64,000 nt of DNA from an uncultured Gemmatimonadales bacterium. GTDB lineage: Bacteria; Gemmatimonadota; Gemmatimonadetes; Gemmatimonadales; GWC2-71-9. The notes under the pieces are model-generated. The model made no database searches. It saw only the letters and a list, made by a program, of their open reading frames with translations, and was not told the DNA's origin. This document shows positions 8,279 through 18,063 of this stretch, one piece after another (the stretch's first letter is position 1; each line of letters opens with the position of its first letter). The translations under genes were made by a program, and so were the position numbers. Where the stretch lies: NCBI GenBank assembly GCA_963779755.1, contig CAVZZO010000003.1:128001-192000 (forward strand), in the 5' to 3' direction.

Positions 8279-10619
8279 CGGCGGGCCTCCGCCGCACCAG
8301 CGGCCCCAGCATGAGCAGCCCGGCAATCATGACCGACAAGGCGGTGATCCACTTGCCCTGAACATAGGAAGGATCGTGATACCAGAGACTCACGGCCCTG
8401 GCGCCCGGGGGCAGCGGGACGGTCAGCAGCGTGTTGTCGCCCCGGACGGGCTTGACCGGGGTTCCGTCCACGGTGGCATGCCAGCGGGTGTACCAGTTCT
8501 CGCCGATCACCAGGTAGGTCTGCCTGGGCGACGAGCCGGAGAGGGCGATGTCCATCTTGCCGGGCTCCCACGTGGTGAGGCTCGCGCCAACCGGCGAGGG
8601 CGGCAGCGGCCCCTGCTCCAGCGCGTCCACGTTGAGACTGGAGGAATCGGGCAGCAACACCACCCGTTCATAGGGGAAACGGGGGTCCACCACGGTGGAA
8701 ACCAGCCGGTCCTCCGGGACCTTGGCCGCGGAGGCCACCACGCGCACGTAGGGCGCGATGGAGTCCTGTCTGTAGAGGACGCCCGGGCCTCCGATCGCCG
8801 TGGGCACCGGCCCCAGCACCTTGTGATAGCCGGGGATGCTGGCTTCCTGCTGCGTGACGATGTAGCGGACGGTGAAGAGGTCCAGCAGGTTGTAGTTCGT
8901 TCCCACGTGGCTCCACACGTTCTTGCCGCCCATCAGGTCGTCGAAGAACCGCAGCTCCTGGCCGTGGTAGCCCAGCAGTTTCTGGATGTTGAGCGCCATG
9001 AGGAACGAGCCCTGCTCGTACACGTGTTGCGGGTCCCAGACCCGGAACGGGGGCTGGTCCGTCTTGATATGCCGCGTCAGGTCGTCTTCCCGGAACAGCA
9101 CGGATGCGCGATCGCGATAGTCGAAGAAGTTGTGGTCGATGCTCCAGAGATCGGCCACGAGGAGGAACGCCAGCACCGCGGCGACCGCCGTGCCCCGCAG
9201 CAGCCCCGTCAGGATCATCCAGATGGCGACCCCGCCCATGCCGACGAAGATGAGCAATCGGACGGATCCGGCGCGCAGGGCCTCGGCATTGCCGGCTACC
9301 TGCCGCATCATCTGCGGCTCGGCCAGCGTTTCTGTGACCGGCTGCAGGGCGCCCACCGCCCCGAGCAGGCCGATGATGGCAAAGGCCGCGACGATGAGGG
9401 CAGCCGTCCCCCAGCGGACCTCCCGCCGGAGCAGGCGCTCCACGCCGAAGGCCGCGAAGACCGCTACCACCAGGGCGACATAGAGGAAGGCCATGCCCTC
9501 GGCACGGACCTTCTTCATGAAGGGCATGACCTCGTACCACAGCCGATAGAAAGGCGTGTGGCCACCGAAGGACACCAGCAGGAAGAGGAGCCCGATGCCT
9601 CCCAGCCCCCAGATCAGCGTCCGCCTCCCGCGATTCCCCAACCCGATGAGAGCCAGGATGATCACGAAGACGCCGATATACTCCGAGTGGAGCTTGAAGG
9701 CATTCGCCCCCCAATAGTGCTCCAGCATGCCGTTGAACTGCGGCAGGAAGGTGGTGAACAGCTCGTTCGGCGGCATGGAGAAGAGGGTGGCGTAGCCCCA
9801 GCCGCTGCTGGTACCCGGGACGCCGCGGGGCGAAAACGGGATGTATTCGTAGAAGGGCAGCACCTGTAGTGCAGAGATACCCGCCGCCAGGCCCACCGCG
9901 CCGAGCGAGAGCGCCAGCGGCACCCACCAGCGGCGGTCGGCCGGGCGCTCCGGGTCGCCGAACACCAGGTACAGCACCCAGAGCCCGCTGAAGACCAGCA
10001 GGTAGTAGGTCATCTGGAAGTGCGGGCTCAGAATGCACAGCCCGATCACGATCGAAAAGAGCGGGTACCCCCAGAATTTCCGATGGCGAATGGCCCGCAG
10101 GAGGGCGAACAGCGCGAGCGGAGCCAGCGCGGAGACATAGAGTTTGCCGTCATGTCCGGGGCGCATCATCGAGGTGACCATCCCGGTCAGCTCGTAGGCC
10201 AGCCCTCCGACCAGCGCGGCGGTCCACCCCAGTTTGAGGGCCCGGAGAAAGAGGTACATGAACAGCCCGGCCAGGATGATATGCACCGCAAAGCCGAGAT
10301 TCATGGCCATGTCCACGGGCATGATCCAGCGCAGCCACGCCGTGGGATAGAAGATGTCGCCGTGCATGGCGGCAATGAACGGGAGGCCGCCCAGGATATA
10401 GGGGTTCCACTCGGGAATGTGTCCCGTGGAACGGAACATCTCGGCGCCGAAGAGCCGGAAGGCATAGCCCGAGAGGAACTGGTCGTCGCCCAGCAGCCAG
10501 CGGCCGCCGAGCATGGGGTAGCAGAGCGTCAGCGCCGCCAGCACGAACAGCACCAGCGCCAGCGTTCTCGGCCAGCGGGGTTCCCAGGGGGTGAGCTCGA
10601 TGGGATCAGAAGAGGTCAC
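8271..10619 (-). CDS. YfhO-family (GT-C fold) polytopic membrane glycosyltransferase
   Basis: 782 aa with many TM segments, PEWNPYILGGLPF N-terminal motif and C-terminal LVIGENWYTRWHATVDG...LLTVPLPPG. Confidence 0.8.
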   Translation of the reverse strand: MTSSDPIELTPWEPRWPRTLALVLFVLAALTLCYPMLGGRWLLGDDQFLSGYAFRLFGAEMFRSTGHIPEWNPYILGGLPFIAAMHGDIFYPTAWLRWIMPVDMAMNLGFAVHIILAGLFMYLFLRALKLGWTAALVGGLAYELTGMVTSMMRPGHDGKLYVSALAPLALFALLRAIRHRKFWGYPLFSIVIGLCILSPHFQMTYYLLVFSGLWVLYLVFGDPERPADRRWWVPLALSLGAVGLAAGISALQVLPFYEYIPFSPRGVPGTSSGWGYATLFSMPPNELFTTFLPQFNGMLEHYWGANAFKLHSEYIGVFVIILALIGLGNRGRRTLIWGLGGIGLLFLLVSFGGHTPFYRLWYEVMPFMKKVRAEGMAFLYVALVVAVFAAFGVERLLRREVRWGTAALIVAAFAIIGLLGAVGALQPVTETLAEPQMMRQVAGNAEALRAGSVRLLIFVGMGGVAIWMILTGLLRGTAVAAVLAFLLVADLWSIDHNFFDYRDRASVLFREDDLTRHIKTDQPPFRVWDPQHVYEQGSFLMALNIQKLLGYHGQELRFFDDLMGGKNVWSHVGTNYNLLDLFTVRYIVTQQEASIPGYHKVLGPVPTAIGGPGVLYRQDSIAPYVRVVASAAKVPEDRLVSTVVDPRFPYERVVLLPDSSSLNVDALEQGPLPPSPVGASLTTWEPGKMDIALSGSSPRQTYLVIGENWYTRWHATVDGTPVKPVRGDNTLLTVPLPPGARAVSLWYHDPSYVQGKWITALSVMIAGLLMLGPLVRRRPAGA

Positions 10620-10687
10620 GCGATCTCCAGGATGAGGACCGGCTGAGATCTTCGACCAGTCGTACGACCAGTTGCGTCACACGGCGG

Positions 10688-10972
10688 CGCAGAAAAACGC
10701 GAGCGGCTCCGGGCCCCCCCCCGGGTGGGGGATAACACCTCGGCTCGCCGGCCACCTAACCCGCTGCGACCTACCACCTCACAGGAAAGCGCGAGCGGGC
10801 TCCAGCCCCCCCGGTTCGGGGATAACACCTCTACTCTCCAGCCACATAACCTGCTGCGAGATCTCCCGTCGCAGAAAAACGCGAGCGGCTCCCGGCCCCC
10901 CCGGGTGGGGGATAACACCTCTGCCCGCCGACCGCATCACCCGCCGTACGCGCTGCACCGCAGAAAGACCGC
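10688..10972. repeat. 90-bp-period tandem repeat, 3 full units plus a partial fourth
   Basis: GATAACACCT ends at 10740, 10830 and 10920. Conserved core CGCAGAAAAACGCGAGCGG...C7-9...GGGGATAACACCT with more diverged ~39-nt tails. Confidence 0.9.
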
Positions 10973-11886
10973 TATCTGACGGCCCTGAGGAACGGCACCG
11001 CCACTCCCACTTCGGTGATCGTCAACAGTAATCGCGATGCGATCGCCAGCGCCGTGGCATTGGCCAGCCCAATGGGCCCCTGCAGCATGAGGACGAATAC
11101 CCCTTCCCGCACGCCGAGCCCGCCCGGCACCAGCACCGCCAGGAATCCTGCAAGATAAGATGCTGTGAAAGCCCCGATGGCCGCGAGGGGGGTGAGCGGG
11201 GCCTCCGGCAACAGTCCACGGGTCATGATCCAGAAGGCAACGCCGTAGCCGCACCAGGCCAGCAGGTTGGCCACCAGCCCATACACCACCGCCCGGAACC
11301 GGGGCGCTCGCGCCGCGCCTGCCGGCAGCAAGCGGTGCAGCAGCCTTCCGCTGATCCAGGGCGAGATCAGCAGGGTGATCCCCGCCCCGCTTCCCAGGGC
11401 CAGGAGCCACAGCGCCACCCGCACCCCCGGGTGGGCGGTTTCCAGGGCCGCGGTACCGGTGAGGCCTACGACAACCGCCCCGGTCCCGATGGCCAGGGCC
11501 TGCAGCAGGATAGCGGAGGCCGTCGCCGCCCACGCGGCCACACCCACACGCTGGGCCATGATGGCCATGCCGGCAATGGCCCAGACCTTCCCCGGGATGT
11601 ACTTCCCCAGGTTGGAAAGGCTCCAGATCCGGGCGGCGGCCCAGCCTCCCAACTGCTGGTCCCAATCCACCAGCAGCCGCCGCCAGGCGGAAATGAGGAG
11701 CGCATACATGGCCCATACCACGACCGCGCTGGCCAGGAGCAGCAGTGGATGCACCTGCCAGACCAGATGCGCCGAACGGAGCTGGTCCCAGTTGCGGGCA
11801 AACTGCCGGGCCACAAAGAAGAGGATGATCAAGGCGGCGACTGCCTGCGCCACCCGCCATAGGGGGCGTGCGCGCGTCTCAGGCAT
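10972..11886 (-). CDS. Lysylphosphatidylglycerol synthase TM-domain / flippase-like protein (UPF0104)
   Basis: SNLGKYIPGKVW and VPGGLGVREG motifs; multi-TM. Confidence 0.85.
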   Translation of the reverse strand: MPETRARPLWRVAQAVAALIILFFVARQFARNWDQLRSAHLVWQVHPLLLLASAVVVWAMYALLISAWRRLLVDWDQQLGGWAAARIWSLSNLGKYIPGKVWAIAGMAIMAQRVGVAAWAATASAILLQALAIGTGAVVVGLTGTAALETAHPGVRVALWLLALGSGAGITLLISPWISGRLLHRLLPAGAARAPRFRAVVYGLVANLLAWCGYGVAFWIMTRGLLPEAPLTPLAAIGAFTASYLAGFLAVLVPGGLGVREGVFVLMLQGPIGLANATALAIASRLLLTITEVGVAVPFLRAVR

Positions 11887-13069
11887 CCAGAGCCTCCCGG
11901 TACCAGGCCTCGCACGCAGCGGCCGCGCTGGCGGGCGCCAGCCGCCGGCGCCACTCGGCGCCGAGCCGCCGGGCCTGATCCAGGCGCCGGGGGTGGTCCA
12001 TTACGGTACGCACCGCCTGGGCCAGTGCGGCCGGTTCCGGCGCCGCCAGTGCCCCGGCTCCGCCCGGCTCCTGCGGAAGAATGTCCCGGACACCTCCCCC
12101 GTCGCTGCACGCCACCACCGGCACGCCGCACATGAGCGCTTCGGCGGCAACCAGGCCGAACCCCTCCTGCCGGGCAGGAAAGAGCATGCAGTCGGCGGTG
12201 CGGAGCCGCTCCGGCACCTGGCCGGGCGGAACGGCGCCGGCAAAGCGGACGGCATCGTGCAGGGCGAGCTCGGCGGCCAGGCGGCGCAGCGGCTCCTCTT
12301 CGGGGCCGCCGCCCACAATCGTGAGCGGCAGCCGGGAACCTCCCTGCCGCAGCAGAGCGAAGGCGCGGAGCGCCAGGTCGACCCGCTTCTGCGCGGTGAG
12401 CCGGGAGAGCACCACCAGTCCGCCGCCGCCCACGCTCCAGGTATCGAAGTGGGAGACATCCACCGGCATGGGCTGCACGTGCGAATCGGGAATGGTGCGG
12501 CCGGTGGCCCGGCCCACGTCATCGGCCAGGCTGCGCGAGACGGCGGTGACGACCGCTGCCCGGCGGAACACGGGCGCAGCGACCCAGCGGGCCAGGGCCG
12601 ACCGCCGGAGAATGGCCCCGTCGGTGCCGTGAATGGTCAGTACCAGGGGCACGCCGCCCGGGGCAGCCAGCCCGCCGGGAATCCACCAGTGCGCGTGCAC
12701 CAGGTCTGCGCCTCGCCCTATTTCCCTGCCGGCCGCCTTGCGCAGGGCGCGCCAGAGCCCCACCAGCGCCCGCCAGCCGGCCGGGTGGCGGATGGCGTCC
12801 TGCATGGTGCCCCGGTAGGCGATGGTCTCCTGGTCCGGGGCGGCGTAGCGGACCCGCGTCACGGGCACACCTTCCAGCTCCGGCTCGCCGACCTCGCCGC
12901 AGTCGCTGGGGGCCAGCACCCGGACGTGGTGTCCGCGCGCCATGAGCGCGCCGGCGAGGGTGGCCAGGAACGCCCCGGACACATCACCCGGGAAGCGAGG
13001 GAAATTGTGGGTGAGAAAGACAATGCGCAGCGGAGCATCCGATACGGCCCGGCCGGGCGAGGCGCTCAC
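11879..13069 (-). CDS. Glycosyltransferase family 4
   Basis: DLVHAHWWIP, SRLTAQKRVD, EGFGLVAAEALMCGVPVV. Confidence 0.93.
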   Translation of the reverse strand: MSASPGRAVSDAPLRIVFLTHNFPRFPGDVSGAFLATLAGALMARGHHVRVLAPSDCGEVGEPELEGVPVTRVRYAAPDQETIAYRGTMQDAIRHPAGWRALVGLWRALRKAAGREIGRGADLVHAHWWIPGGLAAPGGVPLVLTIHGTDGAILRRSALARWVAAPVFRRAAVVTAVSRSLADDVGRATGRTIPDSHVQPMPVDVSHFDTWSVGGGGLVVLSRLTAQKRVDLALRAFALLRQGGSRLPLTIVGGGPEEEPLRRLAAELALHDAVRFAGAVPPGQVPERLRTADCMLFPARQEGFGLVAAEALMCGVPVVACSDGGGVRDILPQEPGGAGALAAPEPAALAQAVRTVMDHPRRLDQARRLGAEWRRRLAPASAAAACEAWYREALDA

Positions 13070-14049
13070 GTGGTGTGGTGGTCGTCGGGCGGGCCGGCGG
13101 TATCGGACAGGCGGTGCCGGGTGAGGGTACGGCTCAGGGCCCAGAGGTCTTCGCGCAGGCCCGCGATCATCTCACCCACGAAACCGAAACCGAAGAGGGC
13201 GATGCCGCTGATGACCATGGTCTCGACCAGGTTCAGGAAGGGCCGGAAGCCGATGTCGAAGCCGAACCGGAGCACCAGCGCCGCCACGCCGGTCAGGAAG
13301 CCGATGGTGAACAGGATGGCGCCGGCCACCCCGAAAAAGAGCAGCGGTTTGCGGCCGAAGCGCAGCTGGAACCACACCGAGGCGAGGTCGAGCACGCCAA
13401 CGGGAATGCGGCGCCAGTTGAACTTGGACACGCCGGCACGGCGGGGATACAGCGGCACGGGCCGCGAGGTGAGCCGGAAGCCTTCGGCGACGGCAATGGC
13501 CACCATGTAGCGGTGCCAGTCGGGGCGGAGCGGCATGTCGAGCGTGACTTCCCGCCGCCACGCCTTGACCGAGTTCAGGTCGCGCGCCGAGACCCCGAAG
13601 ATCCAGGAGGAGAGCCGGTTGTAGATACCGGAGACGAAGGCCTTTTCGTATTTCCCCTGCTTGGTGCCGGTGACGATATCGGCCTCGCCGTCGAGAATCG
13701 GCTGCACCAGGGTGGGAATGTCTTCCGGCAGGTACTGGAGATCGGCGGGATAGAAAACGAAGACCTCGCCCTGGGCGAGGTCGGCGGCGGAACGGAGCGC
13801 ATCGGCGATCCCCTGCTGCCGCCGGTGCCGCACGGTCCGGAGCCAGGGGTAGGTTCGGGTCAGCTCGCGCAGCACCCGGGGGGTGTCGTCGTGCGAGCCG
13901 TCGTCCACCAGGATGACTTCAAAGGAAAAGGGCGCGCGGCCCAGTGCCTCGGCGCAGTGGCGGGCGAAATCGGGCAGGTTCTCCGCCTCGTCCTTGGCGG
14001 GCACCAGGATGCTGACCTGCACTACGTCCGCCGGGAGGGCCGTGCTCAT
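13066..14049 (-). CDS. Glycosyltransferase family 2 (ArnC/GtrB-like, C-terminal TMs)
   Basis: SILVPAKDEAENL, VILVDDGSHDDT, ADLQYLPEDIP and two C-terminal TM helices. Confidence 0.9.
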   Translation of the reverse strand: MSTALPADVVQVSILVPAKDEAENLPDFARHCAEALGRAPFSFEVILVDDGSHDDTPRVLRELTRTYPWLRTVRHRRQQGIADALRSAADLAQGEVFVFYPADLQYLPEDIPTLVQPILDGEADIVTGTKQGKYEKAFVSGIYNRLSSWIFGVSARDLNSVKAWRREVTLDMPLRPDWHRYMVAIAVAEGFRLTSRPVPLYPRRAGVSKFNWRRIPVGVLDLASVWFQLRFGRKPLLFFGVAGAILFTIGFLTGVAALVLRFGFDIGFRPFLNLVETMVISGIALFGFGFVGEMIAGLREDLWALSRTLTRHRLSDTAGPPDDHHTT

Positions 14050-15575
14050 ACCCGCTTGCGCATCCGCGCCGGCAGAATGCCGAGCTGGTCACGATATTTG
14101 GCGACCGTGCGGCGCGCGATCTGAATGCCTTGCTCCTGGAAGAGCTGCACGATCTGCTGGTCGGTGAGCGGCTTGCCCGAGTTTTCCTCCCCGACCATCT
14201 TCTGCAGTTTGGCGCGGATGGAGCGCGCGCTGGCGTCCTCGCCCGAGGTGGTGGAGAGCGCGCTGGAGAAGAAAAATTTCAGCGGCAGCACTCCCCGCGG
14301 CGTCTGCACGTATTTTTCGTTGGTCACCCGGCTGACGGTGGACTCGTGCATGTTGATGACTTCGGCCACCTCGCGCAGGGTGAGCGGCTTCAGGTATTCG
14401 ATACCCTTCTCGAAAAAATCCCGCTGCCGGTCGACGATGAAGTTCATCACCTTCAGCATGGTCTGCCGCCGCTGCTCCAGCGCCTGGATCATCCAGTTGG
14501 CGCTGTTCATCTTGGTGGCGATAAACTCGCGGTTCTCGGGGGTGAGCTTTTTCTTGTCGCGCGCCAGCTCCTGATAGGAGCGGCTCAGCCGCAGCCGGGG
14601 ATAGCCGGTATCGTTCAGGAACACCTGGTAGCGCCCGTCGATCTTGTCGACGATCAGGTCGGGCGTGATGTACCCGTCGTCGCGTGACGAGTACTTGAGC
14701 CCCGGCTTGGGGTCGAACTGGGCCAGCTTGTCGGCCGCCTCCTGCACCTCGCGCGGCTCCACACCGAACCGGCGGGCGAGGTCGTTCCAGCGGTGGGCGA
14801 TGAGGTCGGGAAACGCCTCGTCCACCAGGCGCCAGGTGAGGCTGCTGGTGTCTTCCCGGTCTTCCAGCTGCAGCAGCAGGCATTCGCGCAGATCGCGCGC
14901 GGCGATGCCTGCGGGATCGAGGTGCTGGATGATCTTCAGCACCTCCTCGCCCTCGTCCAGGGTGTAGAGCTGATACTCGGGCTCGGCGGGCTCGGCCGCT
15001 TCCGCCGGCTCGCCGCTCTCATCTTCCAGCAGGACGTCCTCCTCCTCGTCCTCCCGGGCCTCCGCCTGCGCCTGGGCATGCAGGCGCAGCAACTCGTTGA
15101 CGCTGCCCACGACCTCCTCCACGGAGGCGGCCAGGTAGCCGTCGTCGCCGATGTTGCCGACGAACTCCTCCGCCAGCAGCATCTGCCGGGGCGTGAATTC
15201 CATCAGCTGGAGCTGCTCGCGCAAATGGTCGTCCAGGTCCTGGCGCTCGACCGACACCGGCTCGAGATACTCGCGCTCCTCGTACTGCTCGCGGGTGCCG
15301 CCCACCTCGAACCCGTTGAGAAGGATCTCCTCCCAGTCGGTCTCGTTTTCCTTGTCCTTGTCCTCCTTTTCCTGCTTCTCCTGGGCCGCCTGATCCTGCT
15401 GTTCTTCTTCGTCCGGGTCCAGCAGCTCCAGGAACGGGTTGACCAGCAGCTCCTGCTTCAGGTGCTGCTGGAGATCCAGCATGGGCATGTACAGCATGTC
15501 CATGGCCTGATACAGGCGCGGATTGATGCGGAGATCCTGCCGCAGGCTGGTGGTCTGGGAGAGCCCGGTCCTCAC
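14046..15575 (-). CDS. rpoN: RNA polymerase sigma-54 factor
   Basis: RpoN box ARRTVAKYR, PLTLREVAEVINMHESTVSR and Gln/Leu-rich N-terminus. GTG 15575 overlaps the lptB stop. Confidence 0.97.
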   Translation of the reverse strand: MRTGLSQTTSLRQDLRINPRLYQAMDMLYMPMLDLQQHLKQELLVNPFLELLDPDEEEQQDQAAQEKQEKEDKDKENETDWEEILLNGFEVGGTREQYEEREYLEPVSVERQDLDDHLREQLQLMEFTPRQMLLAEEFVGNIGDDGYLAASVEEVVGSVNELLRLHAQAQAEAREDEEEDVLLEDESGEPAEAAEPAEPEYQLYTLDEGEEVLKIIQHLDPAGIAARDLRECLLLQLEDREDTSSLTWRLVDEAFPDLIAHRWNDLARRFGVEPREVQEAADKLAQFDPKPGLKYSSRDDGYITPDLIVDKIDGRYQVFLNDTGYPRLRLSRSYQELARDKKKLTPENREFIATKMNSANWMIQALEQRRQTMLKVMNFIVDRQRDFFEKGIEYLKPLTLREVAEVINMHESTVSRVTNEKYVQTPRGVLPLKFFFSSALSTTSGEDASARSIRAKLQKMVGEENSGKPLTDQQIVQLFQEQGIQIARRTVAKYRDQLGILPARMRKRV

Positions 15576-16735
15576 GCGACGGCCTCCAGCCGGGCACGCA
15601 GCCGGGCGGTGAGGGTGGGGCCGAGATAGAGCTGCGAGACCCGGTCGTCGAAGACCAGGTCGCGCACCGACCCGGAGACCTGCACTTTGCCTTCGAACAT
15701 GATGTATGCGCGATCCACGATATCGAGCGTCTGCTCCACGTTGTGATCGGTAATCAGCACGCCCAGGCCCCGGTGCCGCAGCCCGGCGACGATGGTCTGG
15801 ATGTCGTGCGTGGCGATCGGGTCCACACCGGCGAACGGCTCGTCCAGCAGCATGAACTTGGGCTCGGTGACCAGGGCGCGGGTGATTTCCAGCCGCCGCC
15901 GTTCCCCCCCGCTCAGGCTGTAGGCCCGGTTGCGGCGCAGGTGCTTGATGGACAGCTCGTCCAGCAGCCCTTCCAGGCGGCGCCGGCGCTCCTCCCGCGA
16001 AATGGGCAGCGTCTCCAGGATGGCATAGACGTTCTCTTCCACGGTCATCTTGCGGAAGATGCTCGGCTCCTGCGCCAGATACCCGATGCCCGCCCGGGCC
16101 CGTTTGTACATGGGCGCCTCGGTGAGGGCGGCGCCGTCGAGCAGCACCGCGCCCGCGTCGGGCTGAATCAGGCCGGTGATAAGGTAAAACGTCGTGGTCT
16201 TTCCCGCCCCGTTGGGGCCCAGCAGCCCGACGATCTCGCCCTGCCGCACCTCGAGCGTGACGTCGTCCACCACGCGGCGGCGCTTGAACGCCTTGGTGAG
16301 ATGACGCCCTTCCAGTACGCTGGAGCTGGGCGGCACCACATGATGCGCGTCGCTGGTGCCGTGGCGCAGGCCTTCGCGGGCCACGGCCAGCAGGTGGGTA
16401 CGGGCCCAGGGCCGATCGCCCATCGCCTCGACCCACCAGGGGCCGGCGGCGCGCACCGCCTCCTGATAGCCCACCGCGATGTACCCCTCGGTCGCCAGCC
16501 GCGGCAGCGTCGAGCGCAGCAGGTTCTCCCGCACCTGGTCGCCGGAGAGATCGCGCTGCACCGGAAAGCCCAGCTCCTGCACCGTGAGCAGGTAGGCCTC
16601 GCGATACGCGCCGACCAGATCGGAGAGCGTCGCCCGGCCGTCCTCGCCGGCGACCTGCACCAGCGCCGCCAGCGCCAGCGGCAGCGAGGCGTCGCGGTCG
16701 GCCAGCAGGGTCAGCCAGAGCGGCTGCACCGTCAT
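15572..16735 (-). CDS. lptB: LPS export ABC ATPase LptB with ~140-aa N-terminal extension
   Basis: GLLGPNGAGKTTTF, LSGGERRRLEITRAL, LLDEPFAGVDP, ITDHNV; lies between lptA and rpoN. Confidence 0.93.
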   Translation of the reverse strand: MTVQPLWLTLLADRDASLPLALAALVQVAGEDGRATLSDLVGAYREAYLLTVQELGFPVQRDLSGDQVRENLLRSTLPRLATEGYIAVGYQEAVRAAGPWWVEAMGDRPWARTHLLAVAREGLRHGTSDAHHVVPPSSSVLEGRHLTKAFKRRRVVDDVTLEVRQGEIVGLLGPNGAGKTTTFYLITGLIQPDAGAVLLDGAALTEAPMYKRARAGIGYLAQEPSIFRKMTVEENVYAILETLPISREERRRRLEGLLDELSIKHLRRNRAYSLSGGERRRLEITRALVTEPKFMLLDEPFAGVDPIATHDIQTIVAGLRHRGLGVLITDHNVEQTLDIVDRAYIMFEGKVQVSGSVRDLVFDDRVSQLYLGPTLTARLRARLEAVA

Positions 16736-18063
16736 GGCTTCGGCCTCTCGCCGGCCGCCGCCGCCCGGGCGGAATCGGCCGCCGCGCTGTCGGGGACCTG
16801 TTCCAGGGGATCGAGCTGGACTCCGTCTACGTTCCCCCGCAGGTTCACCCGGTCCACCCCGCCCTGGGCATCGTCGCGCATGGTTACCACGATGGTATCG
16901 CCCCGGGAGTAGTTGAGCCCGGGCACGCCGCTCGAGTCCTGCTTCACGCGATAGAACGCCCGCGCCCGCCCCACGGCCTCGATGCGCTGGAGCACGGTAT
17001 GGGTCTGCCCCGCGGAATCGCGCTGCGCAAAGCGGGCGAGGACGCTGTCGCCTTCCATCCAGTCGCGCTCGGTGGTGACCACACAGTCGGGCGCCGAGCC
17101 CACGCAGGCCCCGCCAAAGGCCCGCGCCTCCGTCAGCACCTTGCCGGGCGTATCGAATGCCAGGCTGTCGGCCCGGATGGCGTAGTCGGGCGAATGCGCG
17201 AACGGCCGCAGTGAGTCGCCCCAGGCCAGGGTCTCCACCAGATCATGGTTCTCCAGCCGGAGGCTGATGGTGTCGGCCCGGAGATCGAGATCGCTGGTCA
17301 GGGCATGGCCGTTGCCCTGCGCCCGCACCCGGTTCAACTCCTTGTCGGCCAGGCCCAGCTCGATGCGCCGGCCGGTCAGGTTGAAGGAGTCGGCCCCCAG
17401 CCCGCGGATGACCGGCGAGCCGATCAGGCTGCCGTCGCTCCCGGCGCCGGTGTCCAGCCGCATGGAATCGGCCCGGGCGGCAAAATCGCTCCGGTCCACG
17501 GTGACCCGGCCGCCGGCCCAGATCCGGTCCTCGCCCTTGAAGCGCACCCGGTCTCCCACGATGCGATAGGGCTCGGCCGGCCTCCCCGCCGAATCCACCG
17601 GGATGTACTTGATGCTGGGCCGGCCCACGGCGTACATCTCCAGCGTGTCGCGCTGTCCCTTGATGGCCCGGTAGTAGTCCAGCGCCGGGCCGGTCAGGGT
17701 GGAACCGTTCTCCAGGTTTCGGGTCACCACATGGCCGCGGGCCTCCCAGCGCTCGCCCTGGCGGTAATAGGTGCCCCGGTCGGCATCCATGGTGATGGTC
17801 GTATCCTGGTAGCGCACGGCCCCGATAAACTGCAGCACGCCCTGGCCGCCGTACCAGGCGACGCTGTCGCTCCGCATATGGACGTTGAGGCCCACGCAAC
17901 TGATGCGCACATCGCCGCCGGCGAAGTAGTTGGTGCCGTCCGGCGTCTTGACCTGGGCGCCCTCCCGCTCTACGTGGTCCAGGCTGAAGAGGCACTTCTC
18001 CCCCTGAGCGGCCAGGGGGGACGCCAGCAGCAGGAGCAGTCCGGTACAGGCCAGGCGTCTCAT
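16732..18063 (-). CDS. OstA/LptA-like beta-jellyroll periplasmic protein (long form)
   Basis: Signal peptide and repeated ADS/GDxI beta-strand motifs; position between lptC and lptB. Confidence 0.75.
   Translation of the reverse strand: MRRLACTGLLLLLASPLAAQGEKCLFSLDHVEREGAQVKTPDGTNYFAGGDVRISCVGLNVHMRSDSVAWYGGQGVLQFIGAVRYQDTTITMDADRGTYYRQGERWEARGHVVTRNLENGSTLTGPALDYYRAIKGQRDTLEMYAVGRPSIKYIPVDSAGRPAEPYRIVGDRVRFKGEDRIWAGGRVTVDRSDFAARADSMRLDTGAGSDGSLIGSPVIRGLGADSFNLTGRRIELGLADKELNRVRAQGNGHALTSDLDLRADTISLRLENHDLVETLAWGDSLRPFAHSPDYAIRADSLAFDTPGKVLTEARAFGGACVGSAPDCVVTTERDWMEGDSVLARFAQRDSAGQTHTVLQRIEAVGRARAFYRVKQDSSGVPGLNYSRGDTIVVTMRDDAQGGVDRVNLRGNVDGVQLDPLEQVPDSAAADSARAAAAGERPKP

Noticed and set aside
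10688..10972. CRISPR array (GGGGATAA end resembles type I-E repeats)
   Set aside because: The ~51-nt repeats are degenerate, the would-be spacers are homologous to each other, and there are no cas genes in the window.
14046..16436. 796-aa RpoN with a long N-terminal extension, and similar over-extended ORF-track starts for dapF, lptA, kdsC, btuF and ptsH
   Set aside because: The extensions overlap upstream genes in another frame. Coupled starts at the upstream stop codons, or starts at the conserved N-terminus, give normal-length proteins.
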